From Octopus sinensis (taxonomy: Eukaryota), in contig NC_043007.1 of the NCBI RefSeq assembly GCF_006345805.1, positions 51,708,001-51,772,000 on the forward strand: a stretch of 64,000 nucleotides of DNA, read 5' to 3'. Within the stretch, counting starts at the first letter, position 1, and every line of letters begins with the position of its first letter. The notes beneath the pieces were generated by a model. The model was given only the letters and a program-made list of their open reading frames with translations. It was not told the origin of the DNA and did not search any database. Shown one piece after another: positions 52,343 through 64,000 of this stretch. The position numbers were made by a program, and so were the translations under genes.

Positions 52343-53073
52343 TGTGTGCTGCGTGTGTCTTACCTAATGAGGACACAGATTCTATAAGAATTTACAAGCG
52401 ATATAATTTTCACACGCAGCACCGTCAGTAGTTACTGACAGTACTGAGTGTAAAAGTCATAAACAATCAATAACTAATATCGATATCTGAAAAGAAGCTA
52501 TGTCAGGAAAATTATCAAACTACTTTACACAATCTCTGCAATGAATCATTATTCTAGTAACTCCATTTAGAAACTGATGGATTAACTGTATGCTCAGAGG
52601 ATCTTTCCTTGAAACAATTGTCTAGATAGAAACATCTTTTGTTATGATCCAGAAGCTCTTGCTGATGTTAATATTTCCCATGTGAATCACACTGGAGCAA
52701 AACCAATGACAGCTTTGCAGAAAGATTTCGTTGTTTTTATTCCCTGATTTATGCACAATAAGACCAGATAACATCCTCTAGCTTGGTATTATGTTACAGT
52801 GTGGAGATGGGTGCATACGAAATTGTATGTATGGGTATATATGCAGCTATGCATAGGAGTAACGTGTGTATAAGTGGGTATATAGGAATATATGTGACAG
52901 GGTATGAATAAAGATATTCTATTTTTGAGTATTAAAAATAGTTGTAGAAATACTCACATGCTGGCATGTAAATGTATTTCTTTCTTCTTTACTAGCTTCA
53001 GTCATTGAACAGAGTCCATACTGGAGCTTTCCCACAAAGAAATTGTCGATTACAGCGAAGTTAATATATATAT

Positions 53074-53180
53074 TAACTAGCTACGGCGGTACATATTCTA
53101 AAATTGGAACGATACAGATAAGATTAGCATGGCTCCTGCGCAAGGATGACACGCAAATTCGTGAAGCGTTCTATATTTTT
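53074..53180 (+). pseudogene. U6: U6 snRNA pseudogene
   Basis: Matches U6 (ctaaaattggaacgatacag..agattagcatgg..ctgcgcaaggatgacacgcaaattcgtgaagcgtt..atattttt). The ACAGAGA box reads ACAGATA (53114-53120), the 5' stem is diverged, and no TATA is seen at about -30. Confidence 0.9.
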
Positions 53181-53469
53181 AAAACTGAAACTAGAGAGAA
53201 AATATAATTTTTATACCTTGTTATATTTATTTAGTTATATCTCATTATATTGATTGTAATTATTGTGCTGTATTAATGTCTAATCTTAATGCTCTTGTGT
53301 AGTGTTTTAATAAAGTATATGATTCGGTATTATCTGATAGTTGATGAATGATTTAGATATATTATTTCTCCATTTTCTCATTTTGTATATTATATATATA
53401 TATAACATCACACGATCTCAATCAAATCACTTGCTATGCGAGTACATCTCCGTAATATACATACATATA

Positions 53470-53539
<70 letters not shown>

Positions 53540-53681
53540 GGTGCAAGCGTGGCTATGTAGTAAGAAACTACTGCCGCATTTCGTTTGTCTTTACGTTCTG
53601 AGTTCAAATTCCGTCGAGGTCGACTTAGCCTGTCATCCTTTAGGGGTCGATGAATTAGGTACCAGTTGCGCACTGGGGTCG

Positions 53682-53781
53682 NNNNNNNNNNNNNNNNNNN
53701 NNNNNNNNNNNNNNNNNNNNNNNNNNNNNNNNNNNNNNNNNNNNNNNNNNNNNNNNNNNNNNNNNNNNNNNNNNNNNNNNN
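53682..53781. other. Assembly gap (100 N)
   Basis: Direct reading. Confidence 1.
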
Positions 53782-53782
53782 A

Positions 53783-53985
53783 ACTGTACAAAGATTGTCT
53801 GAATTTTCCTCCAAACCACTGCTAAACAAATGGTGTGATAACTGAAGAACAGGCAAGAGGAAGAAAGGAGTCTGGGGGTTTGCTGAACAGCTCCTCCTCA
53901 ACAAAGTTGTCATTGAGGAAGCCGAGCAACATCGCCGTAATCTATTAACGATATAGCTAGACAAGAAGGCATTCGACTCTGGGCG
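53783..53985 (+). mobile_element. R4/NeSL-like (RLE-type) non-LTR RT fragment
   Basis: ITEEQA.G.KGVWG.AEQLLLNKVVIEEA..RRNL...KKAFDS..HS with a stop and a frameshift. Confidence 0.7.
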
Positions 53986-54129
53986 TCACTCATGTCACTA
54001 CTTTCATCTCTTACAGATATTTATAACTAGCTGTTCTGCTTGCTGCAAGATCAGCGACTGAACGTCGCTTGAATTTCTATATATTGCAAACTTGAGCCAA
54101 CAACTGCCATTTCTAGCAGACAAGGTGTC

Positions 54130-54177
54130 CAGCATTGAGGAAGGACAGAAATAGCCTGAAACCAGGCTGGTCTGCCG
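54130..54177 (+). ncRNA. Hammerhead-like fold, C3U core
   Basis: CAGCA-TTGAGGA-AGG/CCT-GAAA-CCA(GGC)TGG-TC^-TGCCG; 4-bp stem III, GUC triplet. Confidence 0.45.
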
Positions 54178-54384
54178 ATCTAGTCGCGAGAAGGTAGTAG
54201 GGATTCACTCTCTTGCTTGCAATATATCGGATGTAGGTTGCATCGTAAACCAGCTAGAGGAAATGTCCGCTTAGGGTTAAAAAATTGCAGTTCGTACGCA
54301 AAAGCCACGTTGAAGTGGCCACAAACATTACTTGCCAGTACAGTTATTTCTTTCCTCTCTTACAGAGATTTTATAACTAGCTGC

Positions 54385-54764
54385 TTTTATTTATTTACTT
54401 GTTTCAGTCATTTGACTGTTGCCCATGTTGGAGCACCGCCTTTAGTCGAAAAAATCGACCCAGGACTTATTCTTTGTAAGCCTAGTACTTATTCTATCGG
54501 TCTCTTTTGCCGAACCGCTAAGTTACGGGGATGTAAACAGACCAACATCTGCTGTCAAGTGATGGTGGGGACAAGTACAGAAACACACACAAATATATAC
54601 ATATATATATGACAGACTTCTTTCAGTTTCCGTCTACCAAATCCACTCACAAAGCTTTAGTCGGCCAGAGGTTATAGTAGAAAACACTTGCCCAAGGTGC
54701 CACGTAGTGCAACATAACCCGTAACCATGTGGTTGGGAAGCAAGCTACTTACCACACAGCCACT
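54385..54764 (-). mobile_element. SINE (abundant family), near full length
   Basis: Reverse complement of the gtggctgtgtggtaagtagcttg...gactgaaacaagtaaa family. Confidence 0.8.
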
Positions 54765-54795
54765 ATATATATATATATAATATAGATATAATATA

Positions 54796-54834
<39 letters not shown>

Positions 54835-54898
54835 TAGGATATATGTATATGTATACATATATGTATATATATGTATGTATGTATATATATGTTATATA

Positions 54899-54992
<94 letters not shown>

Positions 54993-55007
54993 GTGTGTAT
55001 ATATATA

Positions 55008-55055
<48 letters not shown>

Positions 55056-57120
55056 ATATTATATATACATATACATACATAAGAACTGGCGCTTGCAAAA
55101 TTGAGCAGTATCAAAGGTAATGGCATGAAATTGCTGCGAATATTCCGTGTATCGTGCCGTTGTCTCATTTTTTATCCGTGTAATTTACGTCTACTCTACT
55201 TTCGTCTAACTTTTCTCTTTGTATTCGTTCTTTTCAACCCGTGATACATCCAAGTAGCGGAATGGACTCGTTCGTTTACTTTATTGTAAAATGATGTTCT
55301 TTGAATATTTTTGTACCACTCTTAACCATATCTCCACTCTTTTTCTCTCTTTCTTCTTTTCTTTTTCGTTTTCTCTCTTTCTCCCTCTTTCTCTTTTACC
55401 TATCTTTTTCCACCCATAAGCTTGCTTTCTCTTTCCACATTTTTACCCTCTCATTCCACCCTCGCTTGCCTCCCTTGCACCTTTCCAAAGCCTTATGAGT
55501 GGATTTGGTAGACGGAAACTGAAAGAAGCCCGTCGTATATGTATATATATATGTGTGTGTGTCAGTGTTTGTTTCCCCACCATCGCTAGACAACCAATGT
55601 TGGTGTGTTCATGTCCCTGTAACTTAACGATTCGGCGAAAGAGACCGATAGAATAAGTACTAGGCTTATAAAGAATAAGTCAGCATGGCCGCATTCAAAT
55701 CATTGAAACATGTAAAAGAAGAAAATAATAAAACATATATTTGTGAATATATTTCTCTGTGTGTCTTTGTGCTTGTGTTTATTTCCTAGCGCTTGGCGTC
55801 CCGTATTGGCGTGTTTACGTCGCGTAACGAAGCGGCTCAGCAAAAGAGAAGGATAGAATAAGTACTACACTTAAAAGTAAGTCCTGCAGTCAATTTCTTC
55901 GACTAAAACCCTTCCATGTCGTGCTCCAGTGTGGCCGCAGTCAAATGACTGAAACAAATAAAAGAATACACATATATATATATATTACATGAAAAAATGT
56001 GAGCATGAAAAGTCATCTTCTTAAGATTATAAACCTGGAAAAGTACAGGACAAGTTATTACACCTGTAAAAGTATAAAACAAACTATTACTTCTAGTAAA
56101 GTAAAGAATAAGAAACTTTTTACTTAAAATATTGCTGCAAAGAATGCCAGTTCTTCTAATTTATCACTCTTTAGTTCTCATCTTTTTAATTTATTGTACA
56201 AATCTGTTCAGCTAATTTGTAAGTTTGTCTAATTAGTCACTTTTTTCTGTATTTACTGTAGTAAATTAGCCAAATTCTACTTAAATAAGTATAGTGTTAT
56301 TTATGTTGTGATTGAGTTATTTTATATTACCCATCCACACCAAATTAATGGCAAAGATTTTTACTATGTTGTTGGTTGCACCATAGATTACCAAAAGTTA
56401 CAAACAACAAGACCCCAAAACCATCAGTTACTAGGCTCACCTTAAGTAACCTAATTTTGCAATATTAGGAGGTCACAGGAATTCATTCAACGAAAAAAAT
56501 TTCCAATGATTCTCTACCCCCACCTCATTTTTTCCGAACCAAAATAAGGGATTTGCAGCATATTAGGAGGTCAGGGTACTTGATTCCACGCAAAAAATCA
56601 ATTTTTTTTCTTAGTGAAAATCGTGCGGGTGTTAATATAGAAATTGACCCTAATGTTGTTATTTAGCCTCAAAGCAATCCTGATACTGCAAACGTATCAC
56701 CAAAGACATTCCAGCCTTCAGCAAAACATCTTTTTAGGGATAATCTAGGACATGACATACAATGGGCGTGTGATTTAGGTAGGGGATACTTTGGCTGCAA
56801 TTTTTAGCGTGTCGAGCGACCAGGTAGAGGCTCTTTCATTGGTTCGATTGCGTGATGAGATTTTTTTTACACATATATGTAATATGTATATATATCATCG
56901 GCAAAAGTTGGAGAGTAAGTCAAAAGCTGAGAGTTTCGTGTATTGGCACTTATCAAACACGAATTTGTCCATTGTTACTCTGTAACTGCTGACGAAATAA
57001 CTTCTAAAATACAAAATCTTGTCAAAAACGTTAAGAGTAAGCCCTGTTCTATGTGACACATTCTACCAGTATCGGAAGTTTTAAAGTGTTTAGTTAAAAA
57101 AAATTAATTAAATAATCTGT

Positions 57121-57401
57121 ACGTCAAAGTCGACCTCGGCGAAATTTGAACTCTAAACATAAAGACAGACGAAATACCTATTTCTATTTCTTTACTACCC
57201 AAAGAGAGGACAAACAAGGACAGACAAACAGATTAAGTCGATTATATCGACCCCAGTGCGTAACTGGTAGTGATTTAATCGACCCCGAAAGGATGAAAGA
57301 CAAAGTCGACCACGGCGAATATTGGACTCAGAACGTAGCGGCAGACGAAATACCGCTAAGCATTTCACCCAGCGTGCTAACGATTCTGCCAGCTCGCTGC
57401 C
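57121..57401 (-). mobile_element. tRNA-headed SINE (second family), with partial duplication
   Basis: Same sequence family as 41021-41312. Confidence 0.75.
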
Positions 57402-58328
57402 TTAAAAGTATGTTCTTTATACTTATTGCTTAAGCGTTACTTCTTACTTCCTGGCTGATATTAAATATCGTAACATTTTACCTCATAACTGTTTTTCTAC
57501 TAATATTTGTTCAATGCGACAAACGATTCTGAATTCCTCATGCATTTCTATCATTTAAGAAAAGTATACTTTTAGTTTAAGATTAAAAACTTTATGTTAG
57601 TTGAAGATGAATATCTGCCTTACTGCCCCCCTTGAGGTCACAGATATTTTGATGTAACTTTTTTTTCTACTGAACTAAATCTCAAACTATTTATGCCAAA
57701 GTGTAGCTGAGGAGGTGTCCTCTTTAAAACTGTTAACAGTTTGCAATTTAGTTGAGAACTAACTTAGTGGTGAAGCTTGGAAGCTGCTGCCGTTGACGAA
57801 ATGGTGGACTTAAGAATATATTCAACCACTACCGTGATTGAATGATATTTATATATACATGTATGTATGTACATGTGTGTGTGTGCGTGTCTGTTTCTGT
57901 GTATGTGTGTGTCTGTGAATGCGGTCCAATTTAATATTCCGACAACAGATTATCATGATCACTATATTTGTATGTTCATCTCTTCCTTTCCGCTTTTTAC
58001 AAATCAATCAAACTATATGTACATATATACAAACACACACACACATACACACACACACTCATACTAACACACACGCTCATACTCACACACACACACACAC
58101 ACTTAATATATACATTCATACATCCATACATACATATATAGGCCCAGGAGTGGGTGTATGTTAAGAAGCTTGCTTCCCAACCGCATGGTTACGGGTTCTG
58201 TTCCACTGAGTGGCACCTGGGGCATGTGTCTTCTGCTATAGCCTCGGGCCAGCCAAAGCCTTGTGAGTGGAATTGGTAGGCGGAAACTGAAAGAATCCTG
58301 TTGATATAGATATATATATATATAGATA

Positions 58329-58402
<74 letters not shown>

Positions 58403-58411
58403 ATATATATA

Positions 58412-58450
<39 letters not shown>

Positions 58451-58455
<5 letters not shown>

Positions 58456-59034
58456 ATAGAGGGCATTATTACACATAAATGCCTCACACTAAGAGGGACA
58501 AAGTCATTACTACCAAAATTATTACTAATCATACCCAAATGCAGTTTTTCAAAGCAAGACATTAAAAAATGAATTTAGTTCTGTATCACCGTGATTTCAC
58601 ATTCAACTTACGTCTTATGATCATCAGCAGAACTGATTCTGAACACATCATAAATAAACTACCAACCTTACGTAGCGAAGACGAACAGACAACTGCTCAC
58701 TCCGGCCAAGCACATGGAATGTTTATAAATCATATATCCGGTAAATGGCGGGCTTTTTACGAACTGCATGTCGGGTAATGAAAAGTATTTCGGAATAAGT
58801 TTAACAATTAAGGATAATCTCTTAATAAGGGATCTTAACAAGAAATTATCGGGTAGTTAGCGTGAAAACCTCATAAAAGAAAAGAATTCGAAAATAATTT
58901 TTCTTTTGAACAAATTAATTATATCTATATTGTATAGAGGGCATTATTACACATAAATGCCTCACACTAGGAGGGACAAAGTCATTACTACCAAAATTAT
59001 ACTAATCATATCCAAATGCAGTTTTTCAAAGCAA

Positions 59035-59039
<5 letters not shown>
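58451..59039. repeat. ~111-bp direct repeats (period 478) bracketing an HHR-bearing segment
   Basis: 58451-58562 nearly equals 58929-59039; the whole unit lies between (TA)n tracts. Confidence 0.85.
58578..58633 (-). ncRNA. Type I hammerhead fold, intact core
   Basis: GTTCTG-CTGATGA-(weak CAT/ATG stem II)-GAAA-TCAC-G-GTGAT-A^-CAGAAC; 6-bp stem I, 5-bp stem III with a 1-nt loop. Confidence 0.65.
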
Positions 59040-59120
<81 letters not shown>

Positions 59121-59407
59121 TATATAGGGGAAAAGTTTACAAAATAAACACAATATATATATATATTTCGAAACCTGGGGTAGATGAAACAGGGAGAACT
59201 GTTGTATGTCTCGTTTCTCTGTTTGTTTTTCCGTTGTATGAAAAAAAATTCGTTTCTATGTTTTTGTTTTTATGTTTTCGTTTCTCATTGTGTTTAACGT
59301 TTTTTTGATATCTTGTACCCATATATGCATATATATATATATACATATATGTGTAGGTATGTACATATATGTATGTATATGTCCATATATTTATATATTA
59401 TTTATAT

Positions 59408-59456
<49 letters not shown>

Positions 59457-59708
59457 GTGTGTGTGTGTGGTGTGTGTGTGTCTGTGTCTGTGTTTGTTCC
59501 CCACCATCGCTTGCCAACCGATGTTGGTGTGTTTACGTCCACGTAACTAGCGGTTCGGCAAGAGAGACCGATAAAATAAGTACTAGTTACAAAGAATAAG
59601 TCCTCGGCTCGATTTGTTCGACCGCATTAATTTGGACATACACATTATGTATGATCTATACCCGAAATGTTATATATACCATGGTGTGTATGTACACATA
59701 TATAGAAA

Positions 59709-59709
59709 G

Positions 59710-59793
<84 letters not shown>

Positions 59794-59806
59794 TGATTGA
59801 TTGATT

Positions 59807-59884
<78 letters not shown>

Positions 59885-59885
59885 C
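59709..59885. repeat. (GATA)n microsatellite (others at ~31846-31938 and ~60718-60838)
   Basis: Direct reading. Confidence 0.9.
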
Positions 59886-60718
59886 AAACACACAAACAGT
59901 TAACTAAAGTTCTAATGTATATAATGATGATGATGGTGGTGGTGGTGGTGGTGTTGTTGTTGTTGTTGGTGGTGGTGGTGTTTCTTTCATAAATCTGACA
60001 TAAAACACAAGTTGTGTGTAATGATATTCAGTAACCTATCTCACTGTTTACTAACGCAGACATCCAGACATTCCGACATTTTGCAGTATTATTACCCAGC
60101 TCTTGTTACCCATTTCTCCCTGTGACTCCTATGATTTGATCAGCTCTGAACTCTCTCATAACGGTTCCGATGTCTACTATTAAAAAAAAGAAACTCGCAA
60201 ATATTTAGATGTATGAAAATGGAATTTCATTTAGACTATAGTTTGAGATTTTTTTATTTTTACTTTTTTGTACATTTTTTCGTTTTTATAATTTTATTTT
60301 CACATTCTACAACCAGAAGTATCTATACCCGTTAAATGCATCGCATGTATGTGCATAATGTAATCTAAGTATGTAGAGTATGTATGTAATGTGATGTGTC
60401 GTTGTATCCATGTATATGCGTAGAATGTGAAATATATTTATGCATATGTAAGTGTATACGTCCGTATGTAACTATGTAATGCGATGTATATACGTAGGTC
60501 CATCATACATGAAGCTTTCTCGTGTACGTAATGTACACACACACACACACTCACGCAAACACATGCACATAAATGCTTAAATACACATTATATACATACA
60601 CACATACATACATGCATACACACATACATATGTATATATATAACATATTATTTTATATAAAAATATATGATATAGTTATATCAATATGTTGCATATTAAT
60701 TTATAGATATATATATAT

Positions 60719-60838
<120 letters not shown>

Positions 60839-61072
60839 GTGTGTGTATGTATGTATGTATCTACGTATATATTTACTTGTTTCCGTCATTATGACTGCGG
60901 TCATGCTGGGGAGTCACTTTGAAGGGTTTATTAGTCGAACAAATCGACTTATTTTTTTAAAACCTGGCACTTATTCAATCAGTCTCTTTTTCTGAACCGC
61001 TATGTTACGGGGATGTAAACACCAACACCGGTTGTCAAGCGGTGGTGGTGGAGAAACACACACACACATACA

Positions 61073-61106
<34 letters not shown>

Positions 61107-61144
61107 CATACATACATTCATACATACATACATACATACATACA

Positions 61145-61174
<30 letters not shown>

Positions 61175-61175
<1 letters not shown>

Positions 61176-61560
61176 GACTGGTTGTGTGGTAAGTAGCTTG
61201 CTTACCAGCCATATGGTTCCGGGTTCAGTCCCACTGCGTGGCACCTATAGCCTTGGGCCGACCAAAGACTTGTGAGTGGATTTGGTAGACGGAAACTGAA
61301 TGAAGCCCGTAATATATATGTATATATATATATATATGTGTGTATTGTGTGTGTTTGTGTGCCTGTGTTTGTCCCCCAACATCGCTTGACAACCGATGCT
61401 ACTGTGTTTACGTCCCCGTAACTTGGCGGTTTGGCAAAAGAGACCGATAGGCTTACAAAGAATATGTCCTGGGGTTGATTTGCTCGACTAAGGGCGGTGC
61501 CCCAGCATGGCCGCAGTCAAATAACTGAAACAAATAAAAGAATAAAAAGATAAAAGAATA
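61175..61560 (+). mobile_element. SINE (abundant family), near full length
   Basis: gtgtggtaagtagcttgcttacc...ggttccgggttcagtcccactgcgtggcacc...ggcggtgccccagcatggccgcagtcaa..actgaaac. Confidence 0.8.
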
Positions 61561-61646
61561 ACAGAAAATATATATATACACACACACGCACACGCGCACG
61601 CACACACACACCACACACACACACACACCACACACACACACACACA

Positions 61647-61702
<56 letters not shown>

Positions 61703-61719
61703 ATATATATATATATATA

Positions 61720-63372
61720 CAGTTGCGGCCAAAATGTTCAGAACGGCATTATTTTCGTCAGAAAAGTAGATATAATTTTTTATCACAGTTGTTTTATATT
61801 CTATAATTTTCACAGACAATAAATACGATATTATTTGTTATTGTCTGAGATTTTGGTGTAATTTGAGAGGATAATACAAAAGTTATGGATGATTTAAGGA
61901 TTTACTGCAAAACCCATGGCGGCCAAAATGATCAGAATGGTTGCCTTTACTTCATGTTTTAGTATATTTAACCAGCGAACTCTAATGTTTTGAATTTGTT
62001 TACGTGAAGGTTCATTTACTAAACACGCCGTAAGAATATCTGCAGTGTATTTTGTTAATATAATGCCACTTACTCCGTTACCAATTCGTCAGCAGATTAT
62101 TAAGCTTCGAAAGAAGGATAATTTAAGTATTGGGTCTATTGCAAAGATTGTTAACAAGTCAAAAAGTGTTGTTCACGGTATTCTTAAGGTCTACGATGAT
62201 TGTGGTTCGTGTGAAGCAAGAAAGTCTACAGGTAGGCCAAGAAAAACGACCAAGAGAGAAGATCGTGCTATGGTAAGGTTGGTTAAACAGGTTAGATTTA
62301 AAACTGCTGCTGCTGTTTCTCGAGAAATGAGCATTGTACTGAAGAAAACTTTATCTCGAAAAACTGTGTCTCGTCGTTTAGTTGAACATGACCTACAAGC
62401 AAGAGCACCTGCAGTGAAGCCACTGATCAGCTCCAAGAATAAAAAGTGTCGTCTTACCTTTGCAACCGAACATGTGTTGTGGTCTCAAGAAAAATGGCAA
62501 ACGGTGCATTTCAGTGATGAATCTAAGTCTATGTTATTTGGCTCAGATGGGAAAAGGTACGTTCGTCGAAAAGCAGGTGAAAAATTGTCGCCTAAATGCC
62601 TTAAGACTAATGTTAAATTCGGTGGAGGAAGTGTCATGGTTTGGGGGATGATATCTGGAGATGGTGTGGGCCCTTTGGTGCGATTACATGGAAAGATAAA
62701 TGCAGGAGTTTATAAACAACTTGTAAAAGATCATGTCTTGCCTGTGCTGAGAAATTCAACTAAGCGACCACCCATATTCATGCAGGACAATGCCCCATGT
62801 CACAAGGCTAAGGCGCTCATGAACTTCCTCAAGGCTGAAAAGGTTATTATTATGGATTGGCTTGCTCAAAGCCCAGATTTCAATCCTATTGAAAACATGT
62901 GCTGGAGTCGGAAAGACAACATCCAGGTCTCCTGGAGAACGTTCGAAAGCCAGAAATCCTAAAACAACCGAGCAATTATGAAATGCCCTTCAGGAAGAAT
63001 GGAATAAGATCACCCAGCAAGAAATTGAAAATGTAATTTCCTCATGCAGTCAAAGATGTCAAAGTGTGATTGAAGCTAAAGGGCTTCACAACTAAATATG
63101 AAATAATTCCAGCATTCTCTGTCATTTTTTATTATTTTGTTATTTTTTCAACCGTTCTGATCATTTTGGCTACCATGGGTTTTGCAGTAAATCACTATAT
63201 CATCCATAACTGTTGTATTATCCACTCAAATTACATCAAAATCTCAGACAATACCAATTAATATTGTATTTATTGTCTCTGAAAATTATAGAATATAAAA
63301 CAACTTTGATAAAAACTTATATCTACTTTTCTGACAAAAACAATGCCGTTCTGAACATTTGGGCCGCAACTG
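61720..63372 (+). mobile_element. Tc1-family IR/DR DNA transposon, full length (1653 bp)
   Basis: TA|CAGTTG...CAACTG|TA; ~224-bp TIRs (61720-61943/63149-63372), each with outer and inner gcggccaaaatg.tcagaa direct repeats. Confidence 0.95.
62063..62962 (+). CDS. Tc1 transposase (DD34E), C-terminus frameshifted
   Basis: HTH region, GRPRKTT, FSDESK, GGGSVMVWG, QDNAPCH, SPDFNPIEN (34 residues between D and E); the native tail (ALQEEWNKI..IEAKG) continues in another frame to about 63101. Confidence 0.9.
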   Translation: MPLTPLPIRQQIIKLRKKDNLSIGSIAKIVNKSKSVVHGILKVYDDCGSCEARKSTGRPRKTTKREDRAMVRLVKQVRFKTAAAVSREMSIVLKKTLSRKTVSRRLVEHDLQARAPAVKPLISSKNKKCRLTFATEHVLWSQEKWQTVHFSDESKSMLFGSDGKRYVRRKAGEKLSPKCLKTNVKFGGGSVMVWGMISGDGVGPLVRLHGKINAGVYKQLVKDHVLPVLRNSTKRPPIFMQDNAPCHKAKALMNFLKAEKVIIMDWLAQSPDFNPIENMCWSRKDNIQVSWRTFESQKS

Positions 63373-63669
63373 TATATGTGCGTGTATGTATGTGTATGTA
63401 CGTTTATATGTATGTGCGTGTGTGTGTATGTGTGTGTGTGCATGTGTGTATGTGCGTGCGTGTGTATATGTGTGTGAACATGATGTGTGTCGAGTTATGT
63501 ATACGTTTTGTTGCGTGTATGCGCGTGTGCTTGAGTATGTATGTGTATGTGTTTGTGTGTACGTGTGTACGTCTATGTGTGTGTGTGCATATAGGTGTGT
63601 GTGTTTGTGTGTACGTGGGGTTGTGTGGGTTGTGTATCTTTGCATTCCTGGGCGTTTGTATGTGTACAT

Positions 63670-63985
63670 ATTTACACCTTCTCCTCGATTTACGACTTTT
63701 GCGACTTAGGACCACCCGCACTTACGACCAAAAATGTAAAACAATAAAAAAATAAAGAAAAAATAGAAATAGATTTTCGGGCGTTTGATAGCTACGCATA
63801 CAATAACTATGGCAGCATCTTACAGCGCAGGCCTCCTTCAAACCCAAGTGACCACTACCTGCCACAGTCTCTCAGTCGCTTTCAAGCACCAGTTGCATTT
63901 GAATAAAAATAGTGTTGAAAAATATAAATCCGACATACGACCAGATCGACTTACGACCTATCAGTCAGAATGGAAGTCGGTCGTG
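63670..63985. mobile_element. pogo/Tigger-like MITE relic
   Basis: Repeated (c)gac(t/a)tacgac motifs resembling Tigger TIR/subterminal repeats; ends are degenerate. Confidence 0.4.
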
Positions 63986-64000
63986 TATATATATATATAT

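Overview
Repeat-saturated, AT-rich animal genomic DNA with a 100-N assembly gap at 53682-53781. The SINE families and (TA)n/(CA)n/(GATA)n microsatellite load resemble an Octopus genome; that is recognition from memory, not a database result. No confident host protein-coding gene is present, and most ORF-track entries are microsatellite read-throughs. Mobile elements present: a near-complete IR/DR Tc1 (DD34E), a maT-like DD37D element, a deleted mariner, a 5.6-kb Tx1/L1-clade LINE with (GATA)n on both flanks, two large and one small Penelope-like (RT + GIY-YIG) fragments, CR1, RTE and R4/NeSL-like LINE fragments, small Helitron-like elements, many tRNA-headed SINEs and a U6 pseudogene. The most notable hidden layer is more than a dozen type-I hammerhead-ribozyme (HHR) folds from unrelated repeat families. 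Six have intact catalytic cores, and one family carries an apparent compensatory G3-C8 swap of the conserved C3-G8 tertiary pair. There are also many fold-back inverted repeats and a fixed-spacing CRE-CCAAT motif array. All folds were read by eye and none is shown to be active.
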